Shown here piece by piece: positions 1 through 12,480 of a DNA stretch of 64,000 bases. Every line of letters begins with the position of its first letter. Position 1 is the first letter of the stretch. The translations under genes and the position numbers were made by a program. Origin of the DNA: Rhina ancylostomus (lineage: Eukaryota). The notes beneath the pieces were generated by a model, which made no database searches, was not told the DNA's origin, and was given only the letters and a program-made list of their open reading frames with translations. The stretch spans positions 22,854,633-22,918,632 of the forward strand of contig JARFYF010000112.1 in the NCBI GenBank assembly GCA_030265395.1. Reading direction: 5' to 3'.

Positions 1-2799
1 CTCTGTTCATGTTACACTGTAGCTGCATCCTAAACCTGCAGACTTCACCCTCCAACATCTTTCCTGGCACTGCCATCCAAACTGATAAAGTTGAAAGGGT
101 GAGCTGCCCATGAAGGCATGGCTGGAGACTGACACCTCAGCAGATTTACCCAAAAGGAAGGCCGGGGTCTAATTTCGGGCAGGCCTTCTTCCTCTGTCTT
201 GGCACTATTTACCTTCCAAGTACTTATTCTAGTACCAATGGGCCCGATCCAATGACTATTTTTGAGANNNNNNNNNNACAGAACTAAGTCAGTTCAGGAG
301 ACCATGAAAACTGCATTTTATTTGAAGAGTGGAAAGCAAAAAAAAATTAAAAAAAAAATAAGATTGATAATTTTAATATTTCTGGCTCATATTCTAATAG
401 AATCTTAATTATGTTGGCCAAATTTTAAATTAGATGAACTTAAAACCACGAGGCACTTCATGTAATTGAAATTTATGTGTCTCACCATTTATGTGACAGC
501 ATCAGGAAATGTGCATATTGAATGGCTGTAAAACCTAACTGGGTCACAGGTGCCCTCCAGTCTGGTAAGCTGTGCAGTAGGTCAGATCCATTGATGACTC
601 CATTCCCACATGTTGTGATTTCATTCCTCTATCATGCAGTTGACTCTTGCCGCCCTTGGGGCAACTATAGGTCATCAATAAATGCTGCTCACTTGTTTTA
701 CACACCTACTAAGAATGGAAGCAGAAACAAATCATCCGTACTTCCTGGGAGTAACCAGGAACAGATCATTTATTACCTGTATCAAGTAATTCATCCATGG
801 ATAGATAGTGCTAAAGGTGACCTCAGACTTGTGCATTGTACACTGGTTCTAAAGTTGACTTCAGAAGAAGAGTTCTTCATATGAACATCACACAGTTAGC
901 ACTGCTGGACTGAAGATAATTCCAAGTGTTTTCTGACTTTCAGCCATTATTAACGAGTCCCATTTTTCCCAGTTACAGATCCTGTATGCCTGTATATAAA
1001 AATAGCCTGTGGCAGCTAAAGGTCCAAATAGATACTTCATTCTTGGATTGCTGGCAATCATTCTCAGATGACCACAATGCACAGAGGCTTTCATATCGTG
1101 TGTTTTGCACTACCATTCCGAGGACAAATTTCTCCTTAGTGACTTTCAGTAACCTTTTTTCTGCCATTACAAAGGTTGAATCTGGTCAATACAAATTTCA
1201 CATTTTCAGGTTTGGTGCCAGACAGCAATTTTCCTCTGGCAATGGGCAGCTAAATTCTTCCATTGAGATAAAGCTGCAGTGCAGGTGATCAGATGAGTCA
1301 TTCTCACTCGGCTGGGATCAATGTACACCTCACTATATTTGGGTAGAAATCATTTGTGGTGGACAAATGCATACTGCACTCAAATGATATTTCATTTTCA
1401 CTATTCTAATAATAAGGCTACTTTATTTGGAAGAGGCAACATCTCAATTAATAAAGCAGAAAGAAGAGGTTGTGCTCTAAGAACTGGAAATGTACAACCA
1501 AACGTCCTGGTAAAAAGCCCCACTTCATAATCACAGCCTTTTGCTCAATCATCCTGCATCTAATGAGTGCACTCGGGTGGGCTCTCTCACGGATTACAGA
1601 ATTCTGCTGACATCTGGTGTGAGTCTACTGAGGCTTCAGAGGGGGAAGAAAGTCATGCTCCAGCAAGTGGAAACAGACCAAAGTTCACAATCTAAGACGG
1701 TGTCCACAATTCAAGATGGTGTCCACTAGCTGTCAATGTGTTTGCTGCCTTGTGTTGGTGCAGTGAATACTACTTTTGTTGTGTAATGACAAGATTGCAG
1801 TGCTGCTGCATTACAGCATGATGTCTGGCATTCGTATTATTGTATAGAGACTCTTGACCCATCAATTTGTAAAACAAACATTTGGAATAATCACTGCAAA
1901 TGCTTAGCTCCTCACCAACTTCAAAGAGATGGCATCTTGTGCTTCACTTTAAACAAGTTACTCCTTTGTGCAGCTGTAAATCTGTGTAAAGTTGCCGCAG
2001 TAAAATCGCGTGGCTTTGATTCCAACCGGATGGTGTTCCTGATATCCAGCTTAATGAGTATGCTGATTCAGAAGGCTTTTCTAATGATGTGATCCAAGTT
2101 ACTAGAGAACAAGGCCATTCTACAAGAACAAGATCTACTTTCAATTCACTTCTAAATTACTGGTCCAATATCAGCCAGAACCAACTTATTGGTGATATAT
2201 CTCATATTTCAGGCAGATTTGACTGCTGTGCACAAAAAAAAATATGAAAATATCTATTACTTTGAAGACTCTTTTAGAGTATTTGCATGAAAAAGGACTC
2301 CTGAAGATAAGGTCATTGATAAGCTGAATGAAAATGACTGTGACCAGAAAAAGAACGATGAGTATTCTATGAGCTTTTATAGGTATTGAGAAAAATTAGC
2401 CTTTACCACTGTAGTGGTGGAAACCTTGCTGATCTTCATACTTCCAGTAGAGGTTAATGGAGGAACAAAAAGCTGAGACATCGAAGAGAAGAGAGAGGGT
2501 AAGAAAATTAATTTGAGATCAAGCAGTACTACCCAATGAAGTGGGACAGTGTACTATGTTTGTTGCTTTCATGTTATTATGTGAGAATAAGTAGTGAAGT
2601 AATAGAAGAAATAAATTATCAGAGTTCAGCACCAACTTATTCCTATAAGGATGAAAGATGTCCAAGGAATCCTGGATATGAAGGGATATCAAGGGTTGGA
2701 TAAAGAAAAAGAATGTAGCCTAGAAAAGGTACAGAGAACTGGAAACGGGAGGCTGGTCAGCAGTATAGAAAATGTAGGGGGTACATTTGGAGGGTGAAG

Positions 2800-3225
2800 A
2801 GCTGGCACAAAATAGCACTGGCAGAAAAGATTAAGGAAAGTCCCAAAAGTATTAAAGACAAAAGGGTAACCAGGCAAATTGTAGGGTCTATAAGGGACCA
2901 AAGCATGTGAAGCTTTTGGTGAGGTCATGCGTGAATACTTGTATTTGCTGAGGAGAAGAACATTGGATTTGGATAATTCAGGGAGGAGGATGGTAGAATT
3001 CGAGAACAAGCAAGCATCGAGAAAGGAGATGTAATAGATGCATTGCTGGTCTTAAAGATGGATAAATCCTCAGTGAGAAGCGTGAAGGCATTGAAAGGAA
3101 TGGGCTGAGTTCTGGAGAAAGGTATTAATATATACTGTAGGTTGTTACTTAATGGCCAGCATCGACATCAGAAGGGCCTGTTTCCCTGCTGTGTAACTCT
3201 ATGACCCCATGACTTTATGAACTAT
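2800..3225 (+). mobile_element. CR1 LINE remnant, internally deleted (ORF2 linker segment joined to 3' tail)
   Basis: Decayed translation ALAEKIKESPK..KRVTRQ..G..RDQ..GEVM.EY...LKMDKS resembles the CR1 ORF2 EN-RT linker. It jumps to AAGGGCCTGTTTCCCTGCTGTGTAACTCTATGACCCCATGACTTTATGA, the CR1/HE1-type 3' tail. Confidence 0.75.
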
Positions 3226-6200
3226 ACTGTATGTATCTTGCCTTGAATTTTATAAAACAAAATATCTTAACAATTCTTATCTGCCTTAGTTTCTTTCTCA
3301 TTCATTCTCTGATACTACAGAATAAAAAGTAATTTAAATTAAAGTTAATACTTTATTAATAAATGAACTTAAATTGTGCAGAGAACTGTTTATAGAGAGA
3401 GAGGAGATGGAGTCTCTTTGGAATGTCCTATGCTATATATTGCTGCAAATATATACCCAGTGAGCTGTTAGTCACATGGTACCATTCTTAAAAGATGCAT
3501 GCCCAACATATTAGCCACATCAAGCCTCTTCCCAAAAATATTCATATTTTAAAGGGTTAGAGTCACAAGATGAAGGGCAGATCATAAAGTGGTCCTATTC
3601 TTATAGCTGTGGATATGCTGCCATCAGACAGTATGGGGATGAATGCATCAGTCAGTCCATTTCAGTGACTGCTCATGTAATGAACCCAAAAAGCCCCAGA
3701 AGGTACATATGGGCAGAGTTGAATTAGTAATAGCTGTTAGCAATGACCCAGGTTACTTGTTGACAGAGGCAATTCAGAATATTTAATATTTAAAACTGAA
3801 CATCAGAGAAACAGTAGACATGAGTATGACCTGATCAAAAGAGGCAGAAATTGAATTAATGGGATTACCCGCCGAGGAGAATCAATGTCAGCGTGAGACT
3901 GAAAAACAGTGAGGGAGAGGGTCTGTTGAAAAAGGATGAGCTTCTAGTGGTGGATTGAACGTACAGCAATGCAAATGGGAGGAATGATTGATCCAAACTA
4001 ACGACAAGCAAAGAGAAACAGTACCTGTCTGATGGGAAACTGGGGCAGATAAAGGATGGGGGGGGGGGGCGGGGTGGGGGGAGTAGCTATGCCCCAAGGA
4101 GGAGCAGCGAAGGACTGAGGAGGAACAGCGAGGGAGAAGGGGGACAGTAAGGGAAATTAAGTGGAACATTAAGGGGAAACAGTAAGGGACTGCAGCCGAA
4201 CAGCACAGGAACAAGGCAGAACAGTGAGGGATTAAGGAGGTTTCATGAAGATCTGGGAGAAGTCATAACAAAAGGCTGGTGAGGAGGAGAGGCTGTGTCA
4301 GCATGACACAAACCTGCAGTGAGAGCATTGTAAAACTTGAAAATCAGCACAGAATATGATAAATAGGTTCACTAAGACTCAGGCCTACAACTTAATTTGC
4401 TCAGATTTTATGTTAAATTGAAGGGAGTGACAGTTCTATCCAGGTGAGCATTCAAATTGTTAGCCAGTTATTTCAAGTAGGATGAAACAGAATGGGGCAG
4501 CAAACTCATTGCATTATTAAGTGGCTTTTACTCACTTCACATTTTCCAACAGAATGAATAATGATGTGGTAAAGCGTGCTAATTTCCAGATTAATGATTA
4601 AAAGCCCTACGGCTTGAGAAAGAATCCGGATAATACTTTCTGCAAAAGAGTTGTTCATTTGAAGACAGGTGGCAGCTGGAAACCAAAGGTATATCTGACT
4701 TGCGACTTAATTATGAGAGACACATTTCTGTAAATGCAAGGATGTGCGTGGAGCTTAATCTGGAGTGTAAAGCTTTAATCAGCTAAGCACTTGTGGCATG
4801 GAACCACTAGTACAGGTGAGGTGCCACAATAGTAAGAGGCCAGATGCCTCCAGCTATCCTGCTTACTGAACCAGCTACTTAATCCTCCCCAAATGAAGCC
4901 AGCGAAAGAAGCCAAGCAGAAAAAGCAGCTGTGAAGATACAAGGGTGATTTTCAGGTGAGCGATCCTACCAGGCTGGAGTTGGGCGGTGTGAGTCTGTTG
5001 CCCACACACTGTTGTTGTTCTGGGGTCCAATTAATTTTTATAATGTGGCTCCATTTTCATAATGTTGAGCATGTTGGGTCAGGGGTGGGAGGAATGAAAT
5101 TCGGCAGCTCATCCAATGAGCTGAATCCAGAGTAAAGAATTAGAACAATGAAGAGGTAAATGTGGGAGTTAGAGTGGGTTGGTTGTGTGAGACAGCAACA
5201 GGAGTCATTGATGGGGTTCTTGTATAACCTTCTACGTTTAAAAAAATAATCATAGCTCTTTTATGATTGGCTTATCACCATTGTTCCATGCCCAGTACTA
5301 ATGGTAGAGTGAAGGGGCATCAGCATCGAACAAATGGGGTAAGTTAGTCAAGCGATAGTACCTTTTGTGGCCATCTGTTTTTCTTGCAGCACTGAACTCA
5401 ATCAGCAGCCACTCATCGATGACAGGCATCATGGTTTGTGTTTTACCACACCTAATTAATAAATCTTCTGGTCATATGCAATAGTTAATTGATTTCAGAG
5501 CCCCATGATAATCGATTCATGTGGGATTCAGAGGTAGCCAAAATGTCTTTTTCCCGTTGGCCCCAATTTTTATCTGAAATGGTCAGGAGTCCAACCAAAT
5601 CTACATCTGGCTATCTTAAGATTTCACAGATACTTTCATTTCAGTTTTCTGTTTCAACAAACATTACAATCACTCATGTTTTCAAAAATGCTCGAATCAT
5701 CCTGCAAAATAATGATCTATTACTCTGAAGTGTGACATAACATCTTTAATCTATAGCTTCCTCTTAAACATGGCATTTCATTTGTATTTTTTATATGTGT
5801 TTATCACTCAATTCAGAACTTGACTCATCTCACAAGCATGAAGCAGGACACTCCAGTCTCATTACACTTTCACTGTCCTGCACAAACACATTGCTGGATA
5901 TTTTCCAGCCTCCACTTTTAGCTCATGGATTATATTGCAACTGCTAGGCATCACTGGAAACATGTCGCTACCTCCCCTCGGTCATGTCGACCCCACAATC
6001 CACTTGCTCCTTTAACCATTCCCAGATGGCACTAATTGCCACTAGTTTAAATAACGATTTACAGTCTTGCTTTCCAATGCTTAAGTTATACCCTTAAACC
6101 CCCATTATGCTGCAGTGGATTAGGATACTGGGAAGTAAAGTGATGTGTAGCCAGAAGTTTAGAAATAAGAATTCAATATTGTCTTCAGATCTCTGTGTCA

Positions 6201-8524
6201 TCTTAAAAGAGCCAGAAATATACAAAGCTTGTCACAGCCCTCAACATCATTATATCATTTGCGGTCTTCCTATTAACAATCATGTAAATACATGTTCACA
6301 AGCTCTGCCACTGACAAGATAAAATACAAACTGGTTAATAAAACATTTATATAAAAAAAACTTTGCACTCTGTTCCATCAGTTTTCTAATAAAACCAACA
6401 CAAATCACATCAAAAATTTAGCAGAGCCCCTGCCTCGTATGTTGAAGCCTCAAGCTAGTTGCAGGGACAACTCATTAGAGACAGACTCATTAAAACCTGC
6501 CCTGCAGCAAAGCTCTTTTAAAAAAAGTTCCAGATTATCCGCATCTACCTCTATGGGTTGGTGCTTCCCATTTTCTAATGGAGAGCTGCAAAGGATCTGT
6601 ACAACATGCAGGGCTATTTGCAATCTAGCATTATAGTTACATGGGGATACATGGAAAGCATGATGCTTCTGCCAAAACAAATACCGCTTTTTCATCCACA
6701 TCATCGGCAATGAATTGTCTTCCATGTTAGTATGCTTGCTTGCTTGCACAGGGAGCATGAAGCTGGAAAGGAATACTGAAATCAAATCCACTCGGAAAAT
6801 AAAGCCACTCAGACAATATCCGAGATTACAAAATACGTCACTTGAAAATATTCAAGTCATTTCTCTTCATCAAAACATTTTATAGAATGTCCTCTTCTGA
6901 AAAGCCTAAAAGATTTGAGGATCAAATTAAATAGATTCCTGCACTCTTTACACAGAGACTGTAAATTCAATAGGATTGTTAAAATGCCTTACATAATCCA
7001 ATCGGAGCTGATGGGAATTTATAAAATTTCAGCAGGATGGGGGATGGGATTCCAAACTATAATTTAGTGCAAGTGGAAATATAAACACTTGAGGATTGAT
7101 CGAGTGCTGCATGTGATTAAATACAGGCAATAGGTTATGAGTTTCAGTCCTGGGACAGTTTGTCATTCAGTTTTAGGTGGCCGAGCTTCATCATTTTTCA
7201 AGCAGACTTAAAAGATGGGATTGCATAAGGATGATGTGTTCCATCTTTGGAGAACCTCACTTGGCATTTGCTCACTATTCATAGTGTGAATTTTTATGAA
7301 AATGTCAGGCAACTAAAATATTCAGTTTCAGAAGGATAAGGCAAAAGCAAACGGAGCAAGTGAGGATAAGGCAGAAACCTAAAATAATTTTTAATCTTAT
7401 AAAGGACATTTATTTTCAAAACAATTACACGTAGCCTAATATAAATTTTCAGAACTTGAGTGCATTCTAGAAAGTCTCGCATGATCAGATTTGCTTTCCT
7501 CAGGTGAGGCAGTAATTCAGGTTTTGTTTGCCCTTTCAGGAGCCATTCAGGATCCAATGATATTATTCAAGGTCAACCAGTGCTTTTGCCTTGTAACTAA
7601 AGCCACCTAAACAAAACTTAAATATTATCACTCAGGGTTTAGTATATTAGTTCATGCCATAGCACTGCAAAGTAATTCATTATTTGAAGTACTTTGATTT
7701 TCTTCAGCTGTCTACTTTAAACACAGGGTCACCTGTCTATATTTACCATGGTGGTGTGGGTCAGTATTAAATCGAGCAGCCTCAGTGTGAACACACAAGT
7801 GGTAAGTCAAGAAAATGCTCAGGATTAATTTTGATGGCATTCAACTTTTCCTATATTCTTATTGTGTATCATTGAAATGCAGCAATTGCCACAATAATCC
7901 ATGAGTGTTGAATGCATGGTGTTCCTAGAGTTTATATTCAAGACTATTTCACTTTTGCACAATTGCTCATTCTGCAGGAAAAATGGAAATCTCCTGTGAA
8001 GATAACAACTGTGAAACATAGAATAAAAATTAGGAAAACTGGCAATTTATGGCAGCTTGAGCAACAAATAAAGATAGATAACAATCCAGGGTGTAAGCCT
8101 TCATTCAGACCGATTAGTTGAGCTCCCTTTTACAGGCCAGCATGATACATGTTTATTGCAGATACAACTCTCTTGGAAAGGTAAATAGAAATTAATACAT
8201 TAGTAGCAAGGGTTGACTTACACCCAACATATGCTTCATTCCTGTAAATATTTATGTCATGCCATATTTTTATTCAGAGCTATGGAACCAATATTTAATT
8301 CCGGAGTCTGACATTCTACTGCCACAAGGGCATGTTTCTTGGCCAATGAGAAATATTATTATGCTATAAAATGGCCCCAAGGAATACACTTCAATATTAC
8401 CACAGTTTTCCAGACCAGCTCTGGGAAGTTATTAATGTATTATGTTACACTCTTCATCATTTAATAGGTGATAGGCATCAAGGAGAAATGCACTCTAATG
8501 GTTATGAAAACAGAAAATGCAAGA

Positions 8525-9555
8525 ATGCCATCTAAAAATTCACCGATAACACTACTGTTGTTGGTAGAATCTCAGATGGCGACGAGGGGGCGTACAAGAG
8601 TGAGACAGATTGGCTGGTTGAGTGGTGTTGCAACAACAACTTCGCAGTCAACGTCAGCAAGACCAAGGAAATGATTGTGGACATCAGGATAGGGAAGTCA
8701 GGAGAAAACACACCAGTCCTCATTTAGGGGTCAGCAGTGGAAAGGGTGAGCAGCTTCAAGTTTCTGGGTGTCAACATCTTGGAGGATCTATTCTGGGCCG
8801 AACGTATTGATGCAATCATGAAGAAGGCATGCCAGTGGCTCCACTTTGTTGGGAGTTTGAGGAGATTCGGTAAGTCACCAAGGACTCTTAAATTTCTACA
8901 GATGTGCAGTGGAGAGCATTCTGACTGATTGCATCAAAGCCTGATATGGAGGCTCCAATGCACAAGATTGTAAGAGGCTGCAGAGGGTTATAGACTTAGC
9001 CTGCTCCATCATGAGCACAGCCCTCCCCACCATTGAGGACATCTTCAAGAGGTGGTGCCTCAAGAAAGTGGCATCCATTATTAGGGACCTTCGCCATCCA
9101 GGACATGTCCTCTTCTTGTTACTACCATCAGAGAGGAAGTCCAGGAGCCTGAAGACTCACTCAATGAGTCAGGAACAGCTCTTCCCCTCTACCATGAGAT
9201 TCTTCAACGATCCATGAACACTATCTCGTTATCCCTAGCATTATTTATTTATTTTTTGTGATTTATAGTAATTTTATGAGAGAAACAAAGGACTGTAGAT
9301 GCTGGAATCTAGATGAAAAAGCAAGAAGATGCTGGAGGAACTCAGTAGGTCAGGCAGCATCCATTGAAAAGGCAGCCCTAAAGAAGGGCCTGACCCAAAA
9401 TGTTGACCATCTACTCTTTTCCACGGACCTGCTGAGTTCCACCAGCACCTTGTTGTTTCTTCATAGTAATTTTATGTCTTTGCACTGTACTGCTCCCACA
9501 TAACAAAAAAAATTCCATGTCATGTAAGTCAGTGATAATAAATCTGATTCTGATT
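8525..9555 (+). mobile_element. Rex1/Babar-type LINE, 5'-truncated RT C-terminus plus 3' UTR (pseudogenised)
   Basis: Translation KFTDNTTVVGRISDGDEGAYKSETDWLVEWCCNNN..NVSKTKEMIVD..VERVSSFKFLGVNILEDLFW..ALPTIEDIFKRWCLKKVASIIRDLRHPGHVLFLLLPS matches the fish Rex1/Babar RT. It has stops and frameshifts, ends in AATAAATCTGATTCTGATT, and is interrupted at 9279-9462. Confidence 0.85.
9279..9462 (-). mobile_element. Penelope-like (PLE) terminal-repeat fold-back mini-insertion with 14-bp TSD
   Basis: Inverted arms GCTGGAGGAACTCAGTAGGTC / GACCTGCTGAGTTCCACCAGC. Flanked by the direct repeat ATAGTAATTTTATG (9265-9278, 9463-9476). Degenerate hammerhead core CTAAAGA-AGGGCCTGACCC-AAAATGTT. Confidence 0.75.
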
Positions 9556-9900
9556 AACCTCCTCGGCTCCAGGAAGAACAGACCTATCTTCTCCATTCTC
9601 TCCTCATAAGTGAAACGCTCCAGGCCAAATGGCCTGTTTCTATGCTGTATGTCCCCATGACTCGATGACGATGATAATTGTTACAGGCACCACAGAGCTT
9701 TTTTTAAACAGATCAAATAAGTAAAAGGTTTTTACACCAAGGTTTTGACCTTTTTAACAAACTAAGCCCAGCAGCAAGGCAACATCCTGGTGAATTCCGT
9801 CTGTACCATCTCTAGTGCTATCACGTGCTTCCTATAATGTGGCACTCACAACTGCAATCAGTACTATAGTTGAGGTCTAACCAAATTTTTATGAAGTTGG
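9556..9900 (-). mobile_element. CR1 LINE ORF2 3' fragments (interrupted)
   Basis: Reverse-strand CR1-like sequence (CTCTCCTCATAAGTGAAACGCTCC; GGCAACATCCTGGTGAATTCCGTCTGTACCATCTCTAG...CACAACTGCAATCAGTACT). A short plus-strand CR1/HE1 tail lies at about 9621-9670. Confidence 0.65.
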
Positions 9901-10015
9901 AGCGTAACCTGCCTGNNNNNNNNNNNNNNNNNNNNNNNNNNNNNNNNNNNNNNNNNNNNNNNNNNNNNNNNNNNNNNNNNNNNNNNNNNNNNNNNNNNNN
10001 NNNNNNNNNNNNNNN

Positions 10016-10096
10016 CTTATTTTGTAATTTATAGTAAATTCACATCCTTGCACTGTACTGCTGCCACAAAACAACAAATTACATGGCAGTGACAAT
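10016..10096 (+). mobile_element. Rex1/Babar-type 3' end (next to a gap)
   Basis: Near copy of the 3' UTR at 9460-9555: TTGCACTGTACTGCTGCCACAAAACAACAAAT...AATAAACCTGATTCTGATTCTGA. Confidence 0.7.
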
Positions 10097-10179
10097 AAAC
10101 CTGATTCTGATTCTGAGGGACAGCAGATTAGGGAACAGCCCTGTTTCAGGTTCTCTGTGTTGGCACTTGTTTCCCTCCC

Positions 10180-10252
10180 CTCAGATGTTGAGTATTACCA
10201 TATTTTCTGTTTTTATTTCAGATTTCCAGCATCTGCAGCTTTTTGCTTTTTG
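10180..10252 (+). mobile_element. PLE terminal fragment
   Basis: GAGTATTACCATATTTTCTGTTTTTATTTCAGATTTCCAGCATCTGCAGC, same terminus as the other copies in the window. Confidence 0.65.
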
Positions 10253-10292
10253 ATGCTGCAATGATTGGAGTTCTCCCTCACATAAAGGAAGA

Positions 10293-11625
10293 TAGTTGTG
10301 GTTGGAGGTCCCTCATCCCAGCGCTGGATACACTGTAGGAATTTTACGGGGTCGTGCTGCAGACCCAACTAACTTCAGCTGCTTCATCAGTGACCTAGAA
10401 GTGAGGATGTTTGCTGATGATGCACATGCTCAACTTCATTTGCAACTGCTCAGCAAATTTGTGCCTACATATAACAAGACCTAGATGACGTTCCGGCATG
10501 GGTTGACAAGTGACAAGTAACATCTGTGCCACAGTTGTGATGGGCAATGACCATCTTCAACAAGGGAGAGTCTAATCACCCACCCTTGATATTCAGTGGC
10601 AGATCGGGGTTCGATTCCTGTCGCTGTCTGTAAGGAGTTTGTACGTTCTCCCCGTGTCTGCATGGGTTTCCTCCGGGTGCTCCGATTTCCTCCCACATTC
10701 CAAAGATGTACGGGTAGGTTAAAACGGGGTTTAAAATGGGCGGCAGGGACTCGTTGGGCCAGAAGGGCCTGTTACCACGCTGTAAATAATTTTTTTTAAA
10801 TTTAAAATAAATTTTAAAAATAAAATTTAAATTTAAAATTTAATTTAAAATTTAAAAAAATTATCATCATCATCATGTCCCTAACCATCAATGTCCCGGG
10901 GTCACTATTGACAAGAACCTCAATAAAACCAGGGACATAAATGCCATAGTTACAAGAGCAGTACAGAAGCTGGATATCTTGCAGCAAACGATTCACCTCA
11001 TGACAGCCCAAAGCTCAAACCAGGATCCTAATGAGTGCAGCTCCAACAACAGTCGAGAAGCTCAATATCATCCAGGTCAAAGGAGTGCGTGTGATTAATA
11101 CCCCATCCACCATTCTAAACATTAATTTCCTCAATCACCATTATGTCTTCAGTGCCAGACTATAAAACGCACTGTAGTTGTTCACCTATGCTTTTCCAAC
11201 AGCACCTCCCAAACCTGGGACCTGTACTACCCAGAATGACAAAGGCAGCGGGTGCATGCAAACCCCACCACTGTNNNNNNNNNNNNNNNNNNNNNNNNNN
11301 NNNNNNNNNNNNNNNNNNNNNNNNNNNNNNNNNNNNNNNNNNNNNNNNNNNNNNNNNNNNNNNNNNNNNNNNNNCATGCAAACCCCACCACTGTGCAGGC
11401 TCCCCTCCAAGTGACATACTCTTCTGATTTAGAATTAAATCACTGTTCCTTCTTTAGCACTAACTCCTTGCCCAACAGTGTTGTTGGCGTACCTTCACCA
11501 GAAAGACTGCAATGGTTCAAGAAGACAGTTAGCCACCACCTTCTCATGCTTCTTACGAGTAATTAAGAATGGACAATAAATATTAGCCCTGCCAGCAATA
11601 CTCGGATCCCAAACTATAAATTAAA
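10293..11625 (+). mobile_element. Old CR1-superfamily LINE RT/3' fragment, interrupted by a SINE
   Basis: Decayed RT motifs VVVGG..., FSCFISDL..EVRMFADD, then GVTID..N...INAIVTRAVQKLDIL. Ends AATTAAGAATGGACAATAAATATTAGCCCTGCCAGC. Confidence 0.75.
10597..10860 (+). mobile_element. V-domain tRNA-derived SINE (HE1-related) with AT-rich tail
   Basis: B-box-like GGTTCGATTCC, then V-domain GGAGTTTGTACGTTCTCCCCGTGTCTGCATGGGTTTCCTCCGGGTGCTCCGATTTCCTCCCACATTCCAAAG, CR1-like GGGCCAGAAGGGCCTGTT and an (AAATTT)n-type tail. Many CpGs are retained. Confidence 0.85.
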
Positions 11626-12289
11626 AGCATTAAATGTGTGCAGTAGTTATATGTTGCAACAAAGCCAATACATTTTAAAAACAAATACTTTTTATTGTCT
11701 TTTTTTCCTAGGGGTTAATGGTGCTTGACAATATTATAGCCTACTTTCCTGTCAATTTTATTACTGTTTGAAATTAATATAGTTTTGGATTCACATTTGG
11801 AAGTAAGAAACTGGACCCGAGCAGTTAATGAAATTTAGTCCAACATCTCTGTTTGTTTTCAGAAAATGCATTGAGAATCTTGTGTAAATTCAGTTATATC
11901 ACCAAGAATCAGTAAGTGCAGGTCTTTTATATTCATATCAAATGATCCTGGTTCAACAGAAGAGTATGTTAAAATAAAATATTTGAAAAACATCACATTT
12001 GAGCAACTGCCCCTAAGTATGTGCTGCCTTCTCCAACATGAGAGAAGAATGTTTGTTGGTGAGTTTTGTGCAATGCAGTTAGGTGATGTATCTCTCATGG
12101 ATGAAGAGCTGGCAATGTATGAAAGATGGATATGAGGTTTGTGGCAGTGCCAAGTGAGTGAGGATGCAGTGGAGCACATGAGTGTCAGAGATTTGAAGGA
12201 AATTGTAGAAGAATGAGTGCTGTGTTACAATGCATTGAGTGCTCACCGAGTCTAGTAGTGCTACAATTAGTAAGATGTGGCACTTGAAG

Positions 12290-12480
12290 ATGCATTTGCT
12301 AATCTTGACCACAAACATTAAGTTATTGAACTTCCTTTGGCACTGCATCCAGGTCATTGAAGTTTGACTCTGCAGCATGCTGCTACCACTGCCCCTGCAG
12401 TTTCTGAATGGAAAGTCCATGGCTCCTTCCCTTCCACCTCCTCCACTATCTGAAAACCCTCCATGTTACACAATTCTCCA
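12290..12480 (-). mobile_element. PIF/Harbinger Myb/SANT-like ORF remnant
   Basis: Minus-strand translations IVEEVEGK and SMTWMQCQRKFNNLMFVVK resemble the RTWxQCRKKFNDL motif of Harbinger Myb/SANT proteins. Frameshifted. Confidence 0.5.

Noticed and set aside
522-1288. Two 120-aa ORFs, and the 113-aa ORF at 6450-6791
   Set aside because: No recognisable domains or convincing splice structure. Lengths are compatible with chance.
3880-4260. Purine/G-rich stretch with a poly-G run (G-quadruplex potential)
   Set aside because: Low-complexity sequence with no defined unit or functional context.
11255-11394. Direct repeat CATGCAAACCCCACCACTGT on both sides of a 100-N gap
   Set aside because: Contig-end overlap at a placeholder gap, an assembly artefact.
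11712-11802. Strong acceptor (TTTTTTTCCTAG) and donor (GAA|GTAAGA) pair
   Set aside because: Stops in all three frames. At best a non-coding exon, with no supporting evidence.
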